Shown here piece by piece: positions 25,751 through 38,655 of a stretch of DNA of 64,000 bases. The position numbers and the translations under genes were made by a program. The notes under the pieces are model-generated. The model had not been told where the DNA came from and made no database searches. It saw only the letters and a program-made list of their open reading frames with translations. The DNA lies in NCBI GenBank assembly GCA_012295275.1, contig CM022668.1, positions 5,456,001-5,520,000 of the forward strand, given 5' to 3'. This stretch comes from Chrysomallon squamiferum. Lineage: Eukaryota; Animalia; Mollusca. Position 1 is the stretch's first letter; every line of letters begins with the position of its first letter.

Positions 25751-27670
25751 AGAAACTGAATACGATTGTATTTCTGTCAAAGGTATAGATCAGAAAAACA
25801 ATATTTTAAATACATAATTTAGATCAAAATTATAAATTATTTTGAAAGTAATAAATTAATTCATATGATATTACTGCTGCTTGTAGTAGTAGTAGTAATA
25901 ATAATAATAATATTATTAATAATGTTAAACTGGTTTCTCTCTCTCAAAAACAGATGTGGCAGTTTCCAAATGTTTGAATTCCTGAGCATTTATGATGTAT
26001 CAATTTATTTACAAGAATTGCATAAACAAACTCTTTGTAGAACACATATAATACCAGTCTGGAAATTTATATTTTTAAAAAATATGTAATTTCTACAGAT
26101 TTTAGTTTCTATGTTGTAAAGTATTTATGCATTTGTTGCAGAAAGTTTTTGTCTAAGGATGAATAACTATTGACTTATTTTTCTATGTGTGAGTTGGTTT
26201 TGAATTTGCATGCAACTGAGAAAAATAAAAAATGTAAAAAATAAATTATTCTTTTGTTATTATTTAATAAAGTATTTATTTACTTCAGCTTTTGTATGTG
26301 TCAGTGTGTATATATACAACCTGCAGAAGTTATGAGAATATGTCTGTGTTTACTGACGTATGTTTGTGAAAACTAATTGATCACCAATACAATAAATATG
26401 ACAGAAATGATGAAGAAACAACTGTCACTGATATTTTTGAAGGAATTACTGAAGACTACTGATAATACCTACCCCAAATCCTGAACTGCACAGAAAGACA
26501 CAGATTGTGTTTTAACAAAACAAAACAAAAAAATTAATAATAATTAATTAAAATGCTCAATAATTTTTGGGAAAACTCTTTCTTTAACTCTCAAGCAGAC
26601 TACATATAGACATAAATTTGAAACAAGAAAAATTAAATTCCTTTAATAGCTATATGATTTATTATACATTTTATATTATTAATATATATTATCTTTGAAA
26701 CAGCAATGCATGTGATAAACAATCAAGAAACTAGATACTATTTTCAAATGTACACTCTCTATATTTCTTTAAACAAATTAACAACTTTACTACACCATCA
26801 ATTAAGAATCAGTTATTTTCAATATGTACGTAATTTTCATCATTGTATTTTCCTTAAAAAACAAAGCAGTCACTTGAAAACCTACCAGATGTTTGTTCAT
26901 CCACTTTAACAAGAAACAACAACTTTAAAGTTTACAGAATTCATTTCGTGTTGTAAATATATTATGTCTAAAATACACTATTTATGATCAGTAAAACTAG
27001 ATATACATGAATACGAAATAAAATATAAATATCAAAAAGTTCAAAAAAGATGCAAAATTCTTTCTCTTAATTCTTTAATTCTCATGCAGAAATACATTTC
27101 AAATTCAAAACTAAATTCCTTTAAGAATTACATGATTCATAATTAGGGAGGCAACACATTTTATATTCTATACAAGGTTGTTATTAATATATATTATCTT
27201 TGAAACATTAATGCATGTGGATAAACAATCAGGAAAGTATATACTATTTTCAAACATACTTTTTACATTTCTTTAAACAAATTGACTGAGTAGTCCTCAG
27301 ACATGTGTCTCCAGGATGGCACCAGTCAAAAATATCCAGTTCAAAACGCGTGCTGCTACTTACAAAACCATTATATAGCAGCCTTTCTCAATTTACTTTG
27401 CAACTTTTAATGTCCATTTTGAGTTTGTTAATCCCATTGTATTAGTTTGTAAAATAATGGAACTTCCCCTAATTATATAACAGTTTCTAAATAGCCCATA
27501 TATGTTTGCATACACACTGTTATTTAGTTTTTGTGTAGTTACTCCCATTTTCGGACATTAATTATATAAACATTTAAGAACTGTTAAAATATAAAACATG
27601 AACATGATTATACCAGAGGTTTTCAAACATCAACTGAAAATAAATAAAACAAATAAAAAAATGTCCTTCA

Positions 27671-27800
27671 TCAGAATATCAGCTTCTTCCTCAAGGAACT
27701 GAACAGTGCTGGTGACTGCTTGTACGTACCATCCTCCATTTTGGTGTTTTCTTTACCTACTTCATTATTTACTAACAGCAGCAAACTGTGGATGTCCTCT
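27671..27800 (-). CDS. Gene 2 terminal p10 exon
   Basis: 130 nt, EDIHSLLLLVNNEVGK..QSPALFSSLRKKLIF*. Confidence 0.85.
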
Positions 27801-30800
27801 CTGAAAAATAAATAAAATTAAATTAAATTTAAAAAAAGTAATAAATAGTAATATTCTAGTAACATACACATATGCTAAAAAATATATATATATTTTAACT
27901 ATATATATATAAGACAGATCTCTATGCATGTACCAGCTGCATTATGTTTTTATTAGTTTGTTAAAAGATCTGAAAGGAGAATGACATTCATTTCCTGATT
28001 ATTTTAAGTTAACGGGATAACAAAGGAAGTCCTTGAGAGGTTTTAACTAAAATACAGTCACAAATGTAACAGATGTTTCTAACATATGTATAACATATAT
28101 AATATGTATGAATTGTAGTTTTTATTATAGTAATCAATTTATTCTGCCTAGAAAAATCATCATCCAGATAACAGTGTTAGTTAACAACATGTGACATCAA
28201 ATACAAAACACTAAGTCAAGATCACAAAGAATAGTACCAAAGTCACAGCAAATAATAGTACCCAAACTTCTTAAACCACTGTTTTTAATGTTTTTATTTT
28301 AATTATGCAACAGTTGTAAATATTTAAGCATAACCTGCCATTTATTTCCAAAAGACCAGTGAACATTGTGATCACAAAAGCAATTTGTAAACTGCATATC
28401 TTCATCTCCTGAACAGGTAGATGATCCTCTTTTTTTGACACTGATAAAATAATCCTCAAGACAACATTTCAGTGATGTCACAAGACTGAGACTAACTCCA
28501 ATAAATATAGTTTTAAAACGTTTTTTTTTCTTTAAAATTCCATCATCATCAACATCATTTTTGTTGTTTAGCTTCTGTGGCCTGCTTTTAACCTGAACAG
28601 TTATATGTATAACTTTTGTTTTTTGGACATGGGGTGATGTTTAACAGAATTATTTTTGTTTACGTTTGCCTGGTTGTTAGTTTGTTCTTTGTCTAATTAG
28701 TGCCCATGTTACTGCATCATATGTCATTTCTGCAAGAATACATTAGTTGTAATCTTCAAGCTGATTCTAAAGTTTCCCCTTAAGATTTTATACAGTTATA
28801 AAATTCATTTACTTACATTTTAGCATATTTATTTAACATTTCTGTCAGTTTTCTGATGTACAAGGATCCAGCTGATCTTGATCTGAAAGACGCAAAACCT
28901 GGTACTGTGGCATATCCTAGCAAAAAATCTGCTTCATTTGGGATTGTTTCTGCCTGTAAAGGTTCCATATCGATATCACTGTCTATCTGTGTTTTACAGC
29001 CTGTAAATATAATATATAAAAAATCAACTTCTAATATTTTAAAAACATTAATCCTAGTTGCATACAAACTCATACCAAAACCCATACACATATTTATATT
29101 TGAAGTATTTTAGAGTAAATAAACACAAAAACCTTAAAATATCATAATTTGTAAACAGTGTCGGTATAATTTTGTAGGAAACTGTTCATCCACAAAAAAT
29201 CTTTCTTATATATTAAACAATGAGATGGCAATTTTCACAGAATTAGGTCACAGAGAATAATGTACATAGCTACATTAAAATGGGTATTAATGAATGAAGT
29301 CTTGAGAAATTATTTTTAACAGCTTCAGTGAATAATAATAATGATAATGATAATAACACATACCCAGTTGTTTTTCCTGCCCCTGACAAGCCTGCATAAA
29401 AAACAACTTTGGTTTCCCGCTCAGTGATGGACACGACTGAGCTCTAAATGGTGCAGTGAAATTTTTGACATCTAGAAGACAACCATTGCTTCCATATATC
29501 GCACCTTCAGTTCCGTGTGACAAAATACAAACCACAACACAGTCATAGTTACTGTGATCAAGGTCAGCCAGCTGATTTACAGCATTAACCATGTCAGTGT
29601 CAGACAAATTTTCTTTGTAGTTGATCTTGAAACCAAGATTCCCAAAAGTATCTATCAGTCTAACTAGAAATAAAAAAATTGTACATATTTTTAAACTAGT
29701 TATGTAACACTGTGTGTATGTATGTGTGTGCGTGTGTGTGTGTGTGTGTGTGTCTGGGTGTGTTTGTGTGTTGGGTTTGAACAAAATAAACAGAAGATGG
29801 CTGAGCAGGTGATTTCCTTTATGACATACATACATATTCTAAAAGTTGAAAAAATGGTACATAATTATGTAAGTGAATAAATCTGTTTACAAATATCTAA
29901 ATATTGTATGAATTTCATCTATAAAACACTACAAAATAACACACACATACACACTTTTGTTATTATTATTATTATTATTGCTTTCATTACAATTACTATC
30001 TTATTGTTATTTGTTGTTAGCATTAATTTTATTATCATTATTACTGTTATTGTTATTGCTATTTTTATTATTACTATAGTTGTTTTTGTTGCTTTTCTCT
30101 TCTAAAGTAAAACTTACTGGCATCTTCATCAGTTCCCTTTCGTTTGTTCAATTCTTTAGCTTCTGGCTTCACTGGATCTTTGTAAAAATCTCTATTGTTG
30201 ATTATTAAACATATTCCTAGAATAAATCAGAAGAAAAAAACATTTAATGGAAATATGAAGTATAAATATAAGAGAAACAGAGAGAAAGAATGAGGGACAG
30301 CTACAGTGAAATGAATGTGGAGAGCCCAGACTGGGTCTGTGTTTATAAATCACTCATTATGATATAGTAGCTGGAATAAGAGCAGGGAATCATGACTTAC
30401 AAACTCGGGAATTCAAATCTCTAGCAGTACAGGTCTGTGTAAACAGCACCAAACAAATCACAAAGACATAATGAAAAAAAATGAATGAGTGTGTATGTAT
30501 ATGTATGACATATAGCTCTCCCCGTATTGTCCCAAATCTAATACTATTATTAAAAAAGGCCTCTTTTTTCTGATCCCAAATTAGCAGACTATTTATCTGA
30601 AAACAAACCTCGAGTTTTAGCATTCATTTTGTAGCAGGGGACGGCATTCTGCTCTCGGACACCTCGAAAATAACCTCAAGTTAAAAATTAAAAATTAATA
30701 ATAAATAAGCAACAGAATTCAAAGTAAATTCTACTATAAAATTAAAATAAATGCAGCTTAATGCGATTTCTTTCTCTTTTGATGTCAGTTATTTGCTAAT

Positions 30801-31154
30801 AATAAAGTATAATGATAAAATAACAAAGAATAAAATGATGAAGGTGTTTAATGTGTACCCATGTTTCAAGAAAACAAAAACAAAAAAAAACAGTAATTAA
30901 TAATGTTGACTATGATGATGATAATAAGTATGAAGTCACATTTATGTTTATTTTCTTCAAACCATCTGAAAAAGTACTAGAAATAAATTACTGTTATTAA
31001 ATTGGAATGTTATTGACTAGCGATATTACACTTCAGTATTGTGGTCAGATTAAATTCATGTTATAATGTTGTAAGTTTACTTGACCAGTATATGTTTCTC
31101 ATATATTGTAGTTAGAAAAGACTGGCCTCCAAAAACAAATAAAACAATCAACTG

Positions 31155-31210
<56 letters not shown>

Positions 31211-31674
31211 TGCAAACAAATAGTAGAGGACAAAATGTAGTAAATAAATAGATGAACAGAAAAAAGAAAAAGAACTAAAATTGTTCATTTTTGGAAGTAG
31301 AATGTTCCATGTAAGTGATTACATGGTTTAAAAAGTAACAATCTCTAAAATATATCTTCTTATTCTGTACTTCACACAGACACACACACACACTCAAACT
31401 GATATATAAACATAAAATGTATAATCATAAATGAATGAAATAATACTACAAAATTAAGAAAACTGCTGATTTTTGAAGTAGAATGTTCCATGAAAGTGAA
31501 AACATTGTTTAAAAAGTAACAATCTCAAATATCTTCTTATTCTATACTAAGCAATGAAAAATTAATAAAATGTATAAATACCTGATTTGTTAGCTGCACG
31601 TGTTCTTCCCGATCTCCTCATGACTTCATAAAATATTCAAAAAGCAGATGGAATTTTAGACATAAATAAAAACC

Positions 31675-31705
<31 letters not shown>

Positions 31706-32393
31706 AATAAACAAACACTCAAACACACACTCTCAAACAAACACTTGCATAAATGCAAACATAAAGTGTAAAAACAGTTTACATACATATTTATAAATTA
31801 CTGATTTTATCAGTTTACTGGTGACAAATGTCAGCTACTAACATAGTATTTGAATAAAAGTAACTACACTGATAAAACAATCAACTGGATGTAAACAGAT
31901 TTAGGTTGTTTAAAAAGTAACAAAGTCTCAAATGTCTTCTTATTCTCTACTTCTTTATTAAAAAAAAAATGTTGTCCAAAAGCAATGAAAAGTTTACAAA
32001 ATGTATGATTACCTGTTCTTTAGACATAAATAAATATCTAACACACACACACACAAACACACACACTCATAGAGACACACACACTCAAAATGATATATAA
32101 ACATAAAATGTAACTAGAGACATAAAATCATAAAGAAATTTAGTCATTAGTGAATGAAATTTTGTGATAAAGTCTTGAGGAACAATGGTAATGACACTGA
32201 AATAGTTTAAACTTTACTCGGACTCTAGAATATTTGACAAATGTTTCCGGTTTTGTGTTTTCAGAGTGCTGATTAACTTCAAACTAAAACATTACGTTGT
32301 AGCTGTATCAAATGAAAATTAAAAATTAAGAAAATTTAACATAAATAAACAAAAATAAAACCAGCAAATGGAACTTTCGACATAAATAAAAAT

Positions 32394-32427
<34 letters not shown>

Positions 32428-32743
32428 CACACAAAGACAAACAAACCCTCACACAAATGCAAACAAATAGTTAAAATACATTTTCTATACATATTTATAA
32501 ATTACTGATTTTATCAGTTTACTGGTGATAAATGTTTGCTAATAACATAGTATTTGAATAAAAGTAACTACACTGATAAAACAATCAACTGGATGTAAAC
32601 AGATTTATGCTAACTGTTTGAAAAGTAACAAAGTCTCAAATGTCTTCTTATTCTCTACTTCTTTATTAGAAAAAAAATGTTGTCCACAAGCAATGAAAAG
32701 TTTACAAAATGTATGATTACCTGTTCTTTAGACATAAATAAAA

Positions 32744-32796
<53 letters not shown>

Positions 32797-35019
32797 AACA
32801 CTCAAACAAATGGAAAATAACAAAATGTAGTAAATAAATAGATGAATAGAAAAAAGAAAAATAAATAAAATTGTTGATTTTTGAAAGTAGAATGTAAAAC
32901 ATTACCTTGTGGCTGTATCAAATAATAATTAAAAATTAAGAACATTTAACATAAATAAACAAATGTGATAATAATAATAATAATAAGAGACGATGATTAA
33001 AATAATTAAACTGAGCAATTAAAAATGATGACATTTTCCATGTTATTGTTTATACAGCAATGATGAAATTCTATGGAACAAATAATAGAACAGTTGAAAT
33101 CATTCACAGAAATAATGAGATAAGTTAAAGTATGTAAATTACAGAAATACTTACACGGATCAGTATGAAGTTCATCTAGTAATACTGAAAAATATGATAA
33201 ATTAATCAAATAATAATAAAAAATTAAGAAAATTTAACATAAACAAAAATAAAATTTCAACATAAATGAAACACACACACACACACACACACAAATGCAA
33301 ACAAATAGTAGAGAACAAAATGTAGTAAATAAATAGATGAACAGAAAAAAGAAAAAGAAATAAAATTGTTGATTTTTGGAAGTAGAATGTTCCATGTAAG
33401 TGAAAACATTGTTTAAAAAGTAACAAAATCTGTAATATGTTCTTATTCTGTACTTCATTTTTAGAAAAATAATTTGCTCTAAAACCAATGAAAAATTTAT
33501 AAAATGTATAATTACTGGACAAGTTAGCTTCAAATGGCATTTTTGGTGTAACCAGCCTCGTATATTCATAAAATATACAAAAAGCAGATGGAACTTTAGA
33601 CATAAATAAAAATCACACATACACACACACACACACAAACACTAGCACAAATGCAAACAAAAAGTGTAAAAACATTTTCCATACATATTTATAAATAACT
33701 GATTTTATCAGTTTATTGGTGACAAATGTTAGATAATAACATAGTATTTGAATAAAAGTAACTACACTGATAAAACAATCAACTGGATGTAAACAGATTT
33801 ATGCTGTTTAAAAAGTAACAAAGTCTCAAATGTCTTTTTATTCTGATATTAATTAGAAAAAAATGTTGTCCAAAAGCAATTTAAAATTAATAAAATGTAT
33901 ATTTACCTGTTGTGGTAGCTTCATCTGCACCTGGTTCTCTAATGCTGATCTCAGGATCTGAAACACAAAAATATTTTCATAAAAAATAAAAAAGCAAAAA
34001 GACGGAATTTTGGTAATGACTCTGAAATAGATTAAATAATATTTCACTTTCTGAAAAAAAAAATAATTTGTAATTTTCAGAGGTGCGATGTTAAAATGAA
34101 AAAAAATATATGAAAAAGGATTGAAATTATGGAATAATTAAGAAAAATTAAAATATAAACAAATATATAATAATAATAATAATAATAATAATTATAAAAA
34201 ATTATCATGATGAATGAATGAGTAAAAACGAACAAAATGTAATAAAATGAATAAAGAAACAGAAAAAAATAGAAAAAAAAAAAAAAGAAAAAAATTGCTG
34301 ATTTTTTTAAGTAGAATATAGACATAAATAAAATCACACACACACACACATTACACAAACACAAAAAAAACAAACAAAAACACACACTTTTTGAAACAAA
34401 CACTTGCATAAAATGCAAACATAAAGTGTAAAAATCAGTTTCCATACACATTTAAAAATTACTGATTTTATCAGTTTACTGGTGATAAATGTTTGCTAAT
34501 AACATAGTATTTGAATAAAAGTAACTACACTGACAAAACAATCAACTGGATGTAAACACATTTATACTGACTGTTTGAAAAGTAACAAAGTCTCAAATGT
34601 CTTCTTATTCTCTACTTCTTTATTAGAAAAAAAATGTTGTCCAAAAGCAATGAAAAGTTTACAAAATGTATGATTACCTGTTCTTTAGACATAAATAAAT
34701 ATCTAACACACACACACACAAACACACACACTCATAGAGACACACACACTCAAAATGATATATAAACATAAAATGTAACTAGAGACATAAAATCATAAAG
34801 AAATTTAGTCATTAGTGAATGAAATTTTGTGATAAAGTCTTGAGGAACAATGGTAATGACACTGAAATAGTTTAAACTTTACTCGGACTCTAGAATATTT
34901 GACAAATGTTTCCGGTTTTGTGTTTTTAGAGTGCTGATTAACTTCAAACTAAAACATTACATTGTGGCTGTATCAAATGAAAATTAAAAATTAAGAAAAA
35001 TTAACATAAGTAAACAAAT

Positions 35020-35077
<58 letters not shown>

Positions 35078-35201
35078 TATGAAACGATGATTAAAATAAT
35101 TAAACTGAGCAGTTACAGATGCTGACATTTTCCATTTTGTTTATACAGCAATGATGAAATTCTATGGAACAAATAATAGAAATGTAGACATAAATAAAAA
35201 T

Positions 35202-35255
<54 letters not shown>

Positions 35256-36668
35256 CAAATAAACAAACACTCAAACACACACTCACAAACAAACACTTGC
35301 ATAATAAATCAGTTATAGATGCTGACATTTTCCATGTTATTGTTTATACAGCAATGAAAATTTAACATAAACAAAAATAAACTTTCAACATAAATGAAAC
35401 ACACACACACACACACAAATGCAAACAAATAGTAGAGAACAAAATGTAGTAAATAAATAGATGAACAGAAAAAGAAAAAGAAATAAAATTGTTGATTTTT
35501 GGAAGTAGAATGTTCCATGTAAGTAAAAACATTGTTTAAAAAGTAACAAAATCTCAAATATATCATCTTATTCTGTAATTCATTATCAGCAAAACAAATT
35601 TCTCTAGAATTTCACCTCATATTTGCCAACTGTTTTGTGTTTTCAGAGAGCTGATTTACTTTAGACTAAAACATTACCTTGTGGCAGAATTCTAAACCTG
35701 GTTTCCAGTGCCAGTGCCATTATTGCCTTGAGGGTGAATGACTCAAATTCTGTAATGTTAAGTCAGGAATATGTCACAGATTAGTGTATCAGGTATAGCT
35801 GAAAAAAAAATATGAAAATATGAAAAATGAATGAAATAATAATTAAAAATTAAGAACATTTAACACAAACAAACAGATGTGATAATAATAATAATAATAA
35901 GAGACAATGATGATAATTATAATGATGATGAATGGAGCAATGAATGAATGAATAATGAACAAAATGTAATAAATAAACAGACAAATAGAAAAAGTGGAAA
36001 ACAAAAGATAATCCATTATCTTTGTAAGTGAAAACATTGTATGTCAAAACGATATAACCGTATTAATTCAGAAATAGAACCAGTGAATCACCACTTAAAT
36101 ACAGATCTACAAATTTCAACAGCAAACTGAAGAAAAAATTAAAATGAATATTTAAAACTTAATTAATACAAGGAAGTAAAATTAAGCATTTCAATTTAAA
36201 GTGAATATTTTGAAATGCGGACAAAAAGTGTAAATACATTTTGTATGCATATTTATAAATTATTAATTTTATTGTGATAAATGTTTGCTAATAACATAGT
36301 TTTTGAATAAAAATAATCAGACTGAGTAATTACAGATGCTGACATTTTCCATTTTATTGTGGTATTATTTTGTTTATTAGTAATATTGAAATTCTTAAAG
36401 GCATTAATAAATAGAACTAATAAGATAAGTTAAAACTTGGAAATCCTTGATTCAAGGAATAAATTACAGAAACGATGATGAAATCTGATAATTTACACTT
36501 TTACAGGATTATTTCTACATTAAAAAAAAAAAAAATCAAAATATAGTTACAATACAAATTAATTGTCAGTTTTATGATTCTTGTGTCATTTAGGAATTTT
36601 TTTTTTTTTTTTTTTTTACCTGATTCCGATGGACTTTGTGTTGGTTGAGGATTCTTTGTTATAACCAT
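27671..36668 (-). CDS. Caspase-8-like gene 2: intact catalytic domain, prodomain deleted (prodomain-less caspase or pseudogene)
   Basis: Open exons 30674-30609, 30216-30118, 29663-29364 (SHG, QACQG), 29000-28817 (SFRS) and 27800-27671 (KQSPALFSSLRKKLIF*). Upstream there are only linker exons (33957-33907, 31623-31582), a frameshifted DD remnant (35798-35678) and a 49-nt DED-exon stump (36668-36620). Confidence 0.7.
28817..29000 (-). CDS. Gene 2 linker plus p10 exon
   Basis: 184 nt; TQIDSD..IPNEADFLLGYATVPGFASFRS; ORF 28813..29091. Confidence 0.9.
29364..29663 (-). CDS. Gene 2 catalytic p20 exon (SHG, QACQG)
   Basis: 300 nt, GT-AG; inside ORF 29287..29835. Confidence 0.92.
30118..30216 (-). 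CDS. Gene 2 p20 N-terminal exon (ICLIINNRDF..KRKGTDEDA)
   Basis: 99 nt, GT-AG. Confidence 0.88.
31100..35600. repeat. Mosaic of duplicated caspase linker intron/exon modules with (CA)n and (AAT)n tracts
   Basis: For example ~31780-32340 ~ 34450-35010 and ~33215-33460 ~ 35355-35580; repeated ttactgattttatcagtttactggtga module. Confidence 0.8.
35678..35798 (-). pseudogene. Internally deleted, frameshifted death-domain pseudo-exon of gene 2
   Basis: AIPDTLICDI followed by IPDLTLQNLS in another frame; 121 nt between intact splice sites. Confidence 0.75.
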
Positions 36669-36990
36669 AAATAATCAAGTTATTTGTTGAAACTTATCTA
36701 TGAAAACAGTATTGAGTAATTAATTTTATTTTAAAATATTTGTTTCAAAAGTATATATTAGTAATAGTGAACTGCGTATATTAGTTATGAATAATCAAAA
36801 GTGATAACTGTTGTTTTATCTCACTGACTTCTAAAACAATTAAATTTTTAAGTTAAAAATATGAAAAAAACGATGGCAAAAACAATTTCATTTCGTTTTA
36901 CGATGTTTCTGTTCAATGACTAACTCATTCAAATCAAAACGACGTAAAGCTGTTACAATAACTGATTATATTAGACTATCAAACATTTAC

Positions 36991-37250
36991 CTACCTGTCC
37001 ACAGTAGTGGCAAGAATAAATATTCTGTCCTAACATCAGTTATATTTATAATTTCCCTCAGAACATTCCCACAAGGGATTTCCCCTTTATAAAGGTCGTG
37101 TTCATTTTTGTCAAGATTTTACAAAACCAAAACCGGTTGTAGATGATTATCTGGGATAATATGAGAAAATAAAGAGAAACAGTGAGAAATAAAAACCGGT
37201 TTGCAACAATCGAACAGCACCATAGCGTAGCGATAAGCATGCGCAGTTCA
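36991..37250 (-). promoter_or_regulatory. Gene 2 promoter and first exon: TATA box, consensus NF-kB site, NRF1-like site
   Basis: Donor after 36991; TATAAA (minus strand) at 37050-37045; GGGATTTCCC at 37075-37084; GCATGCGCA at 37237-37245. Confidence 0.55.
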
Positions 37251-38308
37251 TGGCGCATTTCTCGTGACTGTATTGTTAGCTGAAAAGTGTTTATTTATAC
37301 TGAATACAGACCATTAACGAACAAATTTATTAAAAATGTATGTTTTTTTTCTTTTTCTTTTTATTTTTTTTAATGTTTTTATAATGGTTGTCCGTTCTAT
37401 TAGCGGTTCATGTCGGTCGTAGGTTACTCATTAGACAAACTAGATAGTAAATATTCTAAATAAATTAAAGGTTTTCCGCGAATTCCTGCCTCAGTGTTTC
37501 GTGATTTTCCAACAACTTCTAGATTATATTAGACTGAAACGTTAAACAAACGTTACGAAAACAAACAAACAAAAACATTTTTGTTGTACCTGATTCACAC
37601 GTTACTACTAATAATTATAGTTGTAAATTTATGTATTGAGTACTTTCCAGTGTTAATGTGTGATGGTGTCGTCTGATTCTGGAACAAAACAACAAATAAA
37701 ATCTACGTAATTTACATTCACTTACATACGGTAAACAGACAGATGGATATAAAATGTATTAAAATAAATAAATAAATAAATCAGCAACTTATTACAGAGC
37801 CACTGTTTCTCTTTCTTTCTTTTTTAAATTTAATTTCTATAGTTTTCTTACTTATTTCTTACTTGTTTCTTCTTATTATTATTGTTGTTGCTGTTATTAT
37901 TAAAATGTTCCTAGTCTTCAAACAAGAGGAACGAAAAAACGGAGATCTTGAGTATAACAAACTGCCTCTGAAGCTGTTATTTTATTTATATATTTTTAAC
38001 TTATTATATTTATATAATTTATTTATTTATATTTATTTTTTGTTTATTTATTTATTTATTTGTAATTTTCTTAAGTCAATCTTTTGAACGACTATCAAGA
38101 CTAAAATGGAAGGGAAGTAACTCCAATCTGATGTTTCCAAAAATTAAATTTAATCCGAAGTATAAATGCAGTTAATTATCCAAAACTGGAATATGTAAAA
38201 TCAATTTAAAAAAAGAAATGAAATAAAGTAAAACCAATATTTTAGCTTTTTGTTTTATATTTAATTAATGTTATAATATATACATTAATCCATAAACACC
38301 ACTCAGTA

Positions 38309-38361
<53 letters not shown>

Positions 38362-38655
38362 AACACACGCAATACTTATACAGCTGCTGGTACTACTACC
38401 CCTATTAACATCTATCTACACCGCAATCACGACTACTACTACCGCTACCATTGTTATTTTTATTATCACAACAACTAAATACTCCTACCATTACTACTAC
38501 TACTAATACCTCAGCTGCTATAGACTTTTTACATTAAGTAACTACATATAACTACTGCTTCAATTTCAGTAATTACTACTGCTACTACTAGTAAACTACA
38601 AGTACCACTACTAACACCCCTTTCTCTTCCTATCTCTGTTTCTCTATTCCTATAT

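Noticed and set aside
32291-34975. Possible 7-nt micro-exons (gatacag|CCACAAG|gtaatg at ~32906-32912; variants at ~32296 and ~34961)
   Set aside because: Deletion remnants of the death-domain exon end; frame-breaking, and not conserved between copies.
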